Below, piece after piece: positions 22,101-34,600 of a stretch of DNA of 64,000 nt. The number at the start of each line of letters is the position of its first letter. Position 1 is the first letter of the stretch. Position numbers and translations under genes: made by a program. The stretch is taken from assembly GCF_009914755.1 (NCBI RefSeq), contig NC_060925.1, one strand, 5' to 3'. The notes below the pieces were generated by a model. That model saw only the letters and a list, made by a program, of their open reading frames with translations. It did no database searches and was not told the DNA's origin. The stretch comes from the human T2T-CHM13v2.0 reference genome, Homo sapiens.

Positions 22101-25100
22101 CGGGTTTTTTTCATGTAAGGCAAGACAGAAGAATTCCCAGTAAATTCCTTGTGTTGTGTGCATTCAACTCACAGAGTTGAACGTTCCCTTAGACAGAGCA
22201 GATTTGAAACACTCTATTTGTGCAATTTGCAAGTGTAGATTTCAAGCGCTTTAAGGTCAATGGCAGAAAAGGAAATATCTTCGATTCAAAACTAGACAGA
22301 ATCATTCCCACAAACTGCGCTGTGATGTGTTCGTTCAACTCACAGAGTTTAACCTTTCTGTTCATAGAGCAGTTAGGAAAAACTCTGTTTGTAAAGTCTG
22401 TAAGTGGATATTCTGACATCTTGTGGCCTTCGTTGGAAACGGGATTTCTTCATATTCTGCTAGACAGAAGAATTCTCAGTAACTTCCTTGTGTTGTGTCT
22501 ATTCAACTCACAGAGTTGAACGATCCTTTACACAGAGCAGACTTGAAACACTCTTTTTGTGGAATTTGCAAGTGGAGATTTCAGCCGCTTTGAGGTCAAT
22601 GGTAGAAAAGGAAATATCTTCGTATAAAGACTAGACAGAATGATTCTCAGAAACTCCTTTGTGATGTGTGCGTTCAACTCACAGAGTTTAACTTTTCTTT
22701 TCATAGAGCAGTTAGGAAACACTCTGTTTGTAAAGTCTGCAAGTGGATATTCAGACCTCTTGAGACCTTCGTTGGAAACGGGATTTCTTCATATTATGCT
22801 AGACAGAATAATTCTCAGTAACTTCCTTGTGTTCTGTGTATTCAACTCACAGAGTTGAACGATCCTTTACAGAGAGCAGACTTGAAACACTCTTTTTGTG
22901 GAATTTGCAAGTGGAGATTTCAGCCGCTTTGAGGTCAATGGTAGAAAAGGAAATATCTTCGTATAAAGACTAGACAGAATGATTCTCAGAAACTCCTTTG
23001 TGATGTGTGCGTTCAACTCACAGAGTTCAACTTTTCTTTCCATAGAGCAGTTAGGAAACACTCTGTTTGTAAAGTCTGCAAGTGGATATTCAGACCTCTT
23101 TGAGGCCTTCGTTGGAAACGGGATTTCTTCATATTCTGCTAGACAGAAGAATTCTCAGTAACTTCCTTGTGTTGTGTGTATTCAACTCACAGAGTTGAAC
23201 GATCCTTTAAACAGAGCAGTCTTGAAACACTCTTTTTGTGGAATTTGCAAGTGGAGATTTCAGCCGCTTTGAGGTCAATGGTAGAAAAGGAAATATCTTC
23301 GTATAAAGACTAGACAGAATGATTCTCAGAAACTCCTTTGTGATGTGTGCGTTCAACTCACAGAGTTTAACTTTTCTTTTCATAGAGCAGTTAGGAAACA
23401 CTCTGTTTGTAAAGTCTGCAAGTGGATATTCAGACCTCTTGAGGCCTTCGTTGGAAACGGGATTTCTTCATATTATGCTAGACAGAATAATTCTCAGTAA
23501 CTTCCTTGTGTTCTGTGTATTCAACTCACAGAGTTGAACGACGCTTTACAGAGAGCAGACTTGAAACACTCTTTTTGTGGAATTTGCAAGTGGAGATTTC
23601 AGCCGCTTTGAGGTCAATGGTAGAAAAGGAAATATCTTCGTATAAAGACTAGACAGAATGATTCTCAGAAACTCCTTTGTGATGTGTGCGTTCAACTCAC
23701 AGAGTTCAACTTTTCTTTTCATAGAGCAGTTAGGAAACACTCTGTTTGTAAAGTCTGCAAGTGGATATTCAGACCTCTTTGAGGCCTTCGTTGGAAACGG
23801 GATTTCTTCATATTCTGCAAGACAGAAGAATTCTCAGTAACTTCCTTGTGTTGTGTGTATTCAACTCACAGAGTTGAACGATCCTTTACAGAGAGCAGAC
23901 TTTAAACACTCTTTTTGTGGAATTTGCAAGTGGAGATTTCAGCCGCTTTGAGGTCAATGGTAGAAAAGGCAATATCTTCGTATAAAGACTAGACAGAATG
24001 ATTCTCAGAAACTCCTTTGTGATGTGTGCGTTCAACACACAGAGTTTAACTTTTCTTTTCATAGAGCAGTTAGGAAACACTCTGTTTGTAAAGTCTGCAA
24101 TTGGATATTCAGACCTCTTTGAGGCCTTCGTTGGAAACGGGATTTCTTCATATTCTGCTAGACAGAAGAATTCTCAGTAACTTCCTTGTGTTGTGTGTAT
24201 TCAACTCACAGAGTTGAACGATCCTTTACACAGAGCAGACTTGAAACACTCTTTTTGTGGAATTTGCAAGTGGAGATTTCAGCCGCTTTGAGGTCAATGG
24301 TAGAAAAGGAAATATCTTCGTATAAAGACTAGACAGAATGATTCTCAGAATCTCCTTTGTAATGTGTGCGTTCAACTCACAGAGTTTAACCTTTCTTTTC
24401 ATAGAGCAGTTAGGAAACACTCTGTTTGTAAAGTCTGCAAGTGGATATTCAGACCTCTTTGAGGCCTTCGTTGGAAACGGGATTTCTTCATATTCTGCTA
24501 GACAGAAGAATTCTCAGTAACTTCCTTGTGTTGTGTGTATTCAACTCACAGAGTTGAACGATCCTTTACACAGAGCAGACTTGAAACACTCTTTTTGTGG
24601 AATTTGCAAGTGGAGATTTCAGCCGCTTTGAGGTCAATAGTAGAAAAGGAAATATCTTCGTAGAAAAACTAGACAGAATGATTCTCAGAAACTCCTTTGT
24701 GATGTGTGTGTTCAACTCACAGAGTTTAACCTTTCTTTTCATAGAGCAGTTAGTAAACACTCTGTTTATAAAGTCTGCAAAAGGATATTCAGATCCCTTT
24801 GAGGCCTTCGTTGGAAACGGCATTTCTTCATATTATGCTAGACAGAAGAATTCTCAGTAACTTCCTTGTGTTGTGTGTATTCAACTGACAGAGTTGAACT
24901 TTCATTTAGAGAGAGCAGATTTGAAACACTGTTTTTGTGGAATTTGCAAGTGGAGATTTCAAGCGCTTTGTGGCCAAAGGCAGAAAAGGAAATATCTTCG
25001 TATAAAAACTAGACAGAATCATTCTCAGAAACTGCTGCGTGATGTGTGCGTTCAACTCTCAGAGTTTAACTTTTCTTTTCATTCAGCGGTTTGGAAACAC

Positions 25101-28100
25101 TCTGTTTGTAAAGTCTGCACGTGGATATTTTGACCACTTAGAGGTCTTCGTTGGAAACGGGTTTTTTTCATGTAAGGCTAGACAGAAGAATTCCCAGTAA
25201 CTTCCTTGTGTTGTGTGCATTCAACTCACAGAGTTGAACGTTCCCTTAGACAGAGCAGATTTGAAACACTCTATTTGTGCAATTTGCAAGTGTAGATTTC
25301 AAGCGCTTTAAGGTCAATGGCAGAAAAGGAAATATCTTCGTTTCAAAACTACACAGAATCATTCCCACAAACTGCGTTGTGATGTGTGCGTTCAACTCAA
25401 AGAGTTTAACCTTTCTTTTCATAGAGCAGTTAGGAAACACTCTGTTTGTAAAGTCTGCAAGTGGATATTCAGACCTCCTTGAGGCCTTCGTTGGAAACGG
25501 GATTTCTTCATATTCTGCTAGACAGAAGAATTCTCAGTAACTTCCTTGTGTTGTGTGTATTCAACTCACAGACTTGAACGATCCTTTACACAGAGCAGAC
25601 TTGAAACACTCTTTTTGTGGAATTTGCTAGTCGAGATTTCAGCCGCTTTGAGGTCAATGGTAGAAAAGGAAACTATCTTCGTAGAAAGACTAGACAGAAT
25701 GATTCTCAGAAACTCCTTTGTGATGTGTGTGTTCAACTCACAGAGTTTAACCTTTCTTTTCATAGAGCAGTTAGTAAACACTCTGTTTATAAAGTCTGCA
25801 AGTGGATATTCAGACCCCTTTGAGGCCTTCGTTGGAAACGGGATTTCTTCATATTATGCTAGACTGAAGAATTCTCAGTAACTTCCTTGTGTTGTGTGTA
25901 TTCAACTGACAGAGTTGAACTTTCATTTAGAGAGAGCAGATTTGAAACACTGTTTTTGTGGAATTTGCAAGTGGAGATTTCAAGCGCTTTGGGGCCAAAG
26001 GCAGAAAAGGAAATATCTTCGTATAAAAACTAGACAGAATCATTCTCAGAAACTGCTGCGTGATGTGTGCGTTCAACTCTCAGAGTTTAACTTTTCTTTT
26101 CATTCAGCGGTTTGGAAACACTCTGTTTGTAAAGTCTGCACGTGGATATTTTGACCACTTAGAGGCCTTCGTTGGAAACGGGTTTTTTTCATGTAAGTCT
26201 AGACAGAAGAATTCCCAGTAACTTCCTTGTGTTGTGTGCATTCAACTCACAGAGTTGAACGTTCCCTTAGACAGAGCAGATTTGAAACACTCTATTTGTG
26301 CAATTTGCAAGTGTAGATTTGAAGCGCTTTAAGGTCAATGGCAGAAAAGGAAATATCTTCGTTTCAAAACTAGACAGAATCATTCCCACAAACTGCGTTG
26401 TGATGTGTTCGTTCAACTCACAGAGTTTAACCTTTCTGTTCATAGAGCAGTTAGGAAATACTCTGATTGTAAAGTCTGTAAGTGGATATTCTGACATCTT
26501 GTGGCCTTCGTTGGAAACGGGATTTCTTCATATTCTGCTAGACAGAAGAATTCTCAGTAACTTCCTTGTGTTGTGTGTATTCAACTCACAGAGTTGAACG
26601 ATCCTTTACACAGAGCAGAGTTGAAACACTCTTTTTGCGGAATTTGCAAGGGGAGATTTCTGCCGCTTTGAGTCAATGGTAGAAAAGGAAATATCTTCGT
26701 ATAAAGACTAGACAGAATAATTCTCAGAAAATCCTTTGTGATGTGTGCGTTCAACTCACAGAGTTTAACTTTTCTTTTCATAGAGCAGTTAGGAAACACT
26801 CTGTTTGTAAAGTCTGTAAGTGGATATTCAGACCTCCTTGAGGCCTTCGTTGGAAACGGGATTTCTTCATATTCTGCTAGACAGAAGAATTCTCAGTATC
26901 TTCCTTGTGTTGTGTGTATTCAACTCACAGAGTTGAACGATCCTTTACACAGAGCAGACTTGAAACACTCTTTTTGTGGAATTTGCAAGTGGAGATTTCA
27001 GCCGCTTTGAGGTCAATGGTAGTAAAGGAAACTATCTTCGTATAAAGACTAGACAGAATGATTCTCAGAAAATCCTTTGTGATGTGTGCGTTCAACTCAC
27101 AGAGTTTAACTTTTCTTTTCATAGAGCAGTTAGGAAACACTCTGTTTGTAAAGTCTGCAAGTGGATAGTCAGATCTCTTTGAGGCCTTCGTTGGAAACGG
27201 GATTTCTTCATATTCTGCTAGACAGAAGAATTCTCAGTAACTTCCTTGTGTTGTGTGTATTCAACTGACAGAGTTGAACTTTCATTTAGAGAGAGCAGAT
27301 TTGAAACACTGTTTTTGTGGAATTTGCAAGTGGAGATTTCAAGCGCTTTTTGGCCAAAGGCAGAAAACGAAATATCTTCGTATAAAAACTAGACAGAATC
27401 ATTCTCAGAAACTGCTGCGTGATGTGTGCGTTCAACTCTCAGAGTTTAACTTTTCTTTTCATTCAGCGGTTTGGAAACACTCTGTTTGTAAAGTCTGCAC
27501 GTGGACATTTTGACCACTTAGAAGCCTTCGTTGGAAAGGGTTTTTTTCATGTAAGGCTAGACAGAAGAATTCCCAGTAACTTCCTTGTGTTGTGTGCATT
27601 CAACTCACAGAGTTGAACGTTCCCTTAGACAGAGCAGATTTGAAACACTCTATTTGTTCAATTTGCAAGTGTAGATTTCAAGCGCTTTAAGGTCAATGGC
27701 AGAAAAGGAAATATCTTCGTTTCAAAACTAGACAGAATCATTCCCACAAACAGCGTTGTGATGTGTTCGTTCAACTCACAGAGTTTAACCTTTCTGTTCA
27801 GAGAGCAGTTAGGAAACACTCTGTTTGTAAAGTCTGAAAGTGGATATTCTGACATCTTGTGGCCTTCGTTGGAAACGGGATTTCTTCATATTCTGCTAGA
27901 CAGAAGAATTCTCACTAACTTCCTTGTGTTGTGTGTATTCAACTCACAGAGTTGAACGATCCTTTACACAGAGCAGACTTGAAACACTCTTTTTGTGGAA
28001 TTTGCAAGTGGAGATTTCAGCCGCTTTGAGGTCAATAGTAGAAAAGGAAATATCTTCGTAGAAAAACTAGACAGAATGATTCTCAGAAACTCCTTTGTGA

Positions 28101-28245
28101 TGTGTGTGTTCAACTCACAGAGTTTAACCTTTCTTTTCATAGAGCAGTTAGTAAACACTCTGTTTATAAAGTCTGCAAGTGGATATTCAGACCCCATTGA
28201 GGCCTTCGTTGGAAACGGGATTTCTTCATATTATGCTAGACAGAA

Positions 28246-31200
28246 GAATTCTCAGTAACTTCCTTGTGTTGTGTGTATTCAACTGACAGACTTGAACTTT
28301 CATTTAGAGAGAGCAGATTTGAAACACTGTTTTTGTGGAATTTGCAAGTGGAGATTTCAAGCGCTTTGGGGCCAAAGGCAGAAAAGGAAATATCTTCGTA
28401 TAAAAAGTAGACAGAATCATTCTCAGAAACTGCTGCGTGATGTGTGCGTTCAACTCTCAGAGTTTAACTTTTCTTTTCATTCAGCGGTTTGGAAACACTC
28501 TGTTTGTAAAGTCTGCACGTGGATATTTTGACCACTTAGAGGCCTTCGTTGGAAACGGGTTTTTTTCATGTAAGTCTAGACAGAAGAATTCCCAGTAACT
28601 TCCTTGTGTTGTGTGCATTCAACTCACAGAGTTGAACGTTCCCTTAGACAGAGCAGATTTGAAACACTCTATTTGTGCAATTTGCAAGTGTAGATTTGAA
28701 GCGCTTTAAGGTCAATGGCAGAAAAGGAAATATCTTCGTTTCAAAACTAGACAGAATCATTCCCACAAACTGCGTTGTGATGTGTTCGTTCAACTCACAG
28801 AGTTTAACCTTTCTGTTCATAGAGCAGTTAGGAAATACTCTGTTTGTAAAGTCTGTAAGTGGATATTCTGACATCTTGTGGCCTTCGTTGGAAACGGGAT
28901 TTCTTCATATTCTGCTAGACAGAAGAATTCTCAGTAACTTCCTTGTGTTGTGTCTATTCAACTCACAGAGTTGAACGATCCTTTACACAGAGCAGACTTG
29001 AAACACTCTTTTTGTGGAATTTGCAAGTGGAGATTTCAGCCGCTTTGAGGTCAATGGTAGAAAAGGAAATATCTTCGTATAAAGACTAGACAGAATGATT
29101 CTCAGGAACTCCTTTGTGGTGTGTGCGTTCAACTCACAGAGTTTAACTTTTCTTTTCATAGAGCAGTTAGGAAACACTCTGTTTGTAAAGTCTGCAAGTG
29201 GATATTCAGACCTCTTGAGGCCTTCGTTGGAAACGGGATTTCTTCATATTATGCTAGACAGAATAATTCTCAGTAACTTCCTTGTGTTGTGTGTATTCAA
29301 CTCACAGAGTTGAACGATCCTTTACAGAGAGCAGACTTGAAACACTCTTTTTGTGGAATTTGCAAGTGGAGATTTCAGCCGCTTTGAGGTCAATGGTAGA
29401 AAAGGAAATATCTTCGTATAAAGACTAGACAGAATGATTCTCAGAAACTCCTTTGTGATGTGTGCGTTCAACTCACAGAGTTCAACTTTTCTTTTCATAG
29501 AGCAGTTAGGAAACACTCTGTTTGTAAAGTCTGCAAGTGGATATTCAGACCTCTTTGAGGCCTTCGTTGGAAACGGGATTTCTTCATATTCTGCAAGACA
29601 GAAGAATTCTCAGTAACTTCCTTGTGTTGTGTGTATTCAACTCACAGAGTTGAACGATCCTTTACAGAGAGCAGACTTTAAACACTCTTTTTGTGGAATT
29701 TGCAAGTGGAGATTTCAGCCGCTTTGAGGTCAATGGTAGAAAAGGAAATATCTTCGTATAAAGACTAGACAGAATGATTCTCAGAAACTCCTTTGTGATG
29801 TGTGCGTTCAACACACAGAGTTTAACTTTTCTTTTCATAGAGCAGTTAGGAAACACTCTGTTTGTAAAGTCTGCAAGTGGATATTCAGACCTCTTTGAGG
29901 CCTTCGTTGGAAACGGGATTTCTTCATATTCTGCTAGACAGAAGAATTCTCAGTAACTTCCTTGTGTTGTGTGTATTCAACTCACAGAGTTGAACGATCC
30001 TTTAAACAGAGCAGACTTGAAACACTCTTTTTGTGGAATTTGCAAGTGGAGATTTCAGCCGCTTTGAGGTCAATGGTAGAAAAGGAAATATCTTCGTATA
30101 AAGACTAGACAGAATGATTCTCAGAAACTCCTTTGTGATGTGTGCGTTCAACTCACAGAGTTTAACTTTTCTTTTCATAGAGCAGTTAGGAAACACTCTG
30201 TTTGTAAAGTCTGCAAGTGGATATTCAGACCTCTTGAGGCCTTCGTTGGAAACGGGATTTCTTCATATTATGCTAGACAGAATAATTCTCAGTAACTTCC
30301 TTGTGTTCTGTGTATTCAACTTACAGAGTTGAACGATCCTTTACAGAGAGCAGACTTGAAACACTCTTTTTGTGGAATTTGCAAGTGGAGATTTCAGCCG
30401 CTTTGAGGTCAATGGTAGAAAAGGAAATACCTTCGTATAAAGACTAGACAGAATGATTCTCAGAAACTCCTTTGTGATGTGTGCGTTCAACTCACAGAGT
30501 TCAACTTTTCTTTTCATAGAGCAGTTAGGAAACACTCTGTTTGTAAAGTCTGCAAGTGGATATTCAGACCTCTTTGAGGCCTTCGTTGGAAAAGGGATTT
30601 CTTCATATTCTGCAAGACAGAAGAATTCTCAGTAACTTCCTTGTGTTGTGTGTATTCAACTCACAGAGTTGAACGATCCTTTACAGAGAGCAGACTTTAA
30701 ACACTCTTTTTGTGGAATTTGCAAGTGGAGATTTCAGCCGCTTTGAGGTCAATGGTAGAAAAGGAAATATCTTCGTATAAAGACTAGACAGAATGATTCT
30801 CAGAAACTCCTTTGTGATGTGTGCGTTCAACACACAGAGTTTAACTTTTCTTTTCATAGAGCAGTTAGGAAACACTCTGTTTGTAAAGTCTGCAAGTGGA
30901 TATTCAGACCTCTTTGAGGCCTTCGTTGGAAACGGGATTTCTTCATATTCTGCTAGACAGAAGAATTCTCAGTAACTTCCTTGTGTTGTGTGTATTCAAC
31001 TCACAGAGTTGAACGATCCTTTACACAGAGCAGACTTGAAACACTCTTTTTGTGGAATTTGCAAGTGGAGATTTCAGCCGCTTTGAGGTCAATGGTAGAA
31101 AAGGAAATATCTTCGTATAAAGACTAGACAGAATGATTCTCAGAATCTCCTTTGTAATGTGTGCGTTCAACTCACAGAGTTTAACCTTTCTTTTCATAGA

Positions 31201-31642
31201 GCAGTTAGGAAACACTCTGTTTGTAAAGACTGCAAGTGGATATTCAGACCTCTTTGAGGCCTTCGTTGGAAACGGGATTTCTTCATATTCTGCTAGACAG
31301 AAGAATTCTCACTAACTTCCTTGTGTTGTGTGTATTCAACTCACAGAGTTGAACGATCCTTTACACAGAGCAGACTTGAAACACTCTGTTTGTGGAATTT
31401 GCAAGTGGAGATTTCAGCCGCTTTGAGGTCAATAGTAGAAAAGGAAATATCTTCGTAGAAAAACTAGACAGAATGATTCTCAGAAACTCCTTTGTGATGT
31501 GTGTGTTCAACTCACAGAGTTTAACCTTTCTTTTCATAGAGCAGTTAGTAAACACTCTGTTTATAAAGTCTGCAAGTGGATATTCAGACCCCTTTGAGGC
31601 CTTCGTTGGAAACGGGATTTCTTCATATTATGCTAGACAGAA
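28246..31642 (+). repeat. 20-mer (3397 bp) HOR structural variant
   Basis: Anchor spacing 28271 to 31668 is 3397 bp, i.e. 10 dimers. A second 20-mer spans 32689 to 36086. Confidence 0.85.
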
Positions 31643-34600
31643 GAATTCTCAGTAACTTCCTTGTGTTGTGTGTATTCAACTGACAGAGTTGAACTTTCAT
31701 TTAGAGAGAGCAGATTTGAAACACTGTTTTTGTGGAATTTGCAAGTGGAGATTTCAAGCGCTTTGGGGCCAAAGGCAGAAAAGGAAATATCTTCGTATAA
31801 AAACTAGACAGAATCATTCTCAGAAACTGCTGCGTGATGTGTGCGTTCAACTCTCAGAGTTTAACTTTTCTTTTCATTCAGCGGTTTGGAAACACTCTGT
31901 TTGTAAAGTCTGCACGTGGATATTTTGACCACTTAGAGGCCTTCGTTGGAAACGGGTTTTTTTCATGTAAGGCTAGACAGAAGAATTCCCAGTAACTTCC
32001 TTGTGTTGTGTGCATTCAACTCACAGAGTTGAACGTTCCCTTAGACAGAGCAGATTTGAAACACTCTATTTGTGCAATTTGCAAGTGTAGATTTCAAGCG
32101 CTTTAAGGTCAATGGCAGAAAAGGAAATATCTTCGTTTCAAAACTACACAGAATCATTCCCACAAACTGCGTTGTGATGTGTGCGTTCAACTCAAAGAGT
32201 TTAACCTTTCTTTTCATAGAGCAGTTAGGAAACACTCTGTTTGTAAAGTCTGCAAGTGGATATTCAGACCTCCTTGAGGCCTTCGTTGGAAACGGGATTT
32301 CTTCATATTCTGGTAGACAGAAGAATTCTCAGTAACTTCCTTGTGTTGTGTGTATTCAACTCACAGAGTTGAACGATCCTTTACACAGAGCAGACTTGAA
32401 ACACTCTTTTTGTGGAATTTGCTAGTGGAGATTTCAGCCGCTTTGAGGTCAATGGTAGAAAAGGAAACTATCTTCGTAGAAAGACTAGACAGAATGATTC
32501 TCAGAAACTCCTTTGTGATGTGTGTGTTCAACTCACAGAGTTTAACCTTTCTTTTCATAGAGCAGTTAGTAAACACTCTGTTTATAAAGTCTGCAAGTGG
32601 ATATTCAGACCCCTTTGAGGCCTTCGTTGGAAACGGGATTTCTTCATATTATGCTAGACAGAAGAATTCTCAGTAACTTCCTTGTGTTGTGTGTATTCAA
32701 CTGACAGAGTTGGAGTTTCATTTAGAGAGAGCAGATTTGAAACACTGTTTTTGTGGAATTTGCAAGTGGAGATTTCAAGCGCTTTGGGGCCAAAGGCAGA
32801 AAAGGAAATATCTTCGTATAAAAACTAGACAGAATCATTCTCAGAAACTGCTGCGTGATGTGTGCGTTCAACTCTCAGAGTTTAACTTTTCTTTTCATTC
32901 AGCGGTTTGGAAACACTCTGTTTGTAAAGTCTGCACGTGGATATTTTGACCACTTAGAGGCCTTCGTTGGAAACGGGTTTTTTTCATGTAAGTCTAGACA
33001 GAAGAATTCCCAGTAACTTCCTTGTGTTGTGTGCATTCAACTCACAGAGTTGAACGTTCCCTTAGACAGAGCAGATTTGAAACACTCTATTTGTGCAATT
33101 TGCAAGTGTAGATTTGAAGCGCTTTAAGGTCAATGGCAGAAAAGGAAATATCTTCGTTTCAAAACTAGACAGAATCATTCCCACAAACTGCGTTGTGATG
33201 TGTTCGTTCAACTCACAGAGTTTAACCTTTCTGTTCATAGAGCAGTTAGGAAATACTCTGTTTGTAAAGTCTGTAAGTGGATATTCTGACATCTTGTGGT
33301 CTTCGTTGGAAACGGGATTTCTTCATATTCTGCTAGACAGAAGAATTCTCAGTAACTTCCTTGTGTTGTGTCTATTCAACTCACAGAGTTGAACGATCCT
33401 TTACACAGAGCAGACTTGAAACACTCTTTTTGTGGAATTTGCAAGTGGAGATTTCAGCCGCTTTGAGGTCGATGGTAGAAAAGGAAATATCTTCGTATAA
33501 AGACTAGACAGAATGATTCTCAGGAACTCCTTTGTGGTGTGTGCGTTCAACTCACAGAGTTTAACTTTTCTTTTCATAGAGCAGTTAGGAAACACTCTGT
33601 TTGTAAAGTCTGCAAGTGGATATTCAGACCTCTTGAGGCCTTCGTTGGAAACGGGATTTCTTCATATTATGCTAGACAGAATAATTCTCAGTAACTTCCT
33701 TGTGTTGTGTGTATTCAACTCACAGAGTTGAACGATCCTTTACAGAGAGCAGACTTGAAACACTCTTTTTGTGGAATTTGCAAGTGGAGATTTCAGCCGC
33801 TTTGAGGTCAATGGTAGAAAAGTAAATATCTTCGTATAAAGACTAGACGGAATGATTCTCAGAAACTGCCTTGTGATGTGTGCGTTCAACTCACAGAGTT
33901 CAACTTTTCTTTTCATAGAGCAGTTAGGAAACACTCTGTTTGTAAAGTCTGCAAGTGGATATTCAGACCTCTTTGAGGCCTTCGTTGGAAACGGGATTTC
34001 TTCATATTCTGCAAGACAGAAGAATTCTCAGTAACTTCCTTGTGTTGTGTGTATTCAACTCACAGAGTTGAACGATCCTTTACACAGAGCAGACTTGAAA
34101 CACTCTTTTTGTGGAATTTGCAAGTGAAAATTTCAGCCGCTTTGAGGTCAATGGTAGAAAACGAAATATCTTCGTATAAAGACTAGACAGAATGATTCTC
34201 AGAAACTCCTTTGTGATGTGTTCGTTCAACTCACAGAGTTTAACTTTTCTTTTCATAGAGCAGTTAGGAAACACTCTGTTTGTAAAGTCTGCAAGTGGAT
34301 ATTCAGACCTCTTGAGGCCTTCGTTGGAAACGGGATTTCTTCATATTATGCTAGACAGAATAATTCTCAGTAACTTCCTTGTGTTCTGTGTATTCAACTC
34401 ACAGAGTTGAACGATCCTTTACAGAGAGCAGACTTTAATCACTCTTTTTGTGGAATTTGCAAGTGGAGATTTCAGCCGCTTTGAGGTCAATGGTAGAAAA
34501 GGAAATATCTTCGTATAAAGACTAGACAGAATGATTCTCAGAAACTCCTTTGTGATGTGTTCGTTCAACTCACAGAGTTCAAATTTTCTTTTCATAGAGC

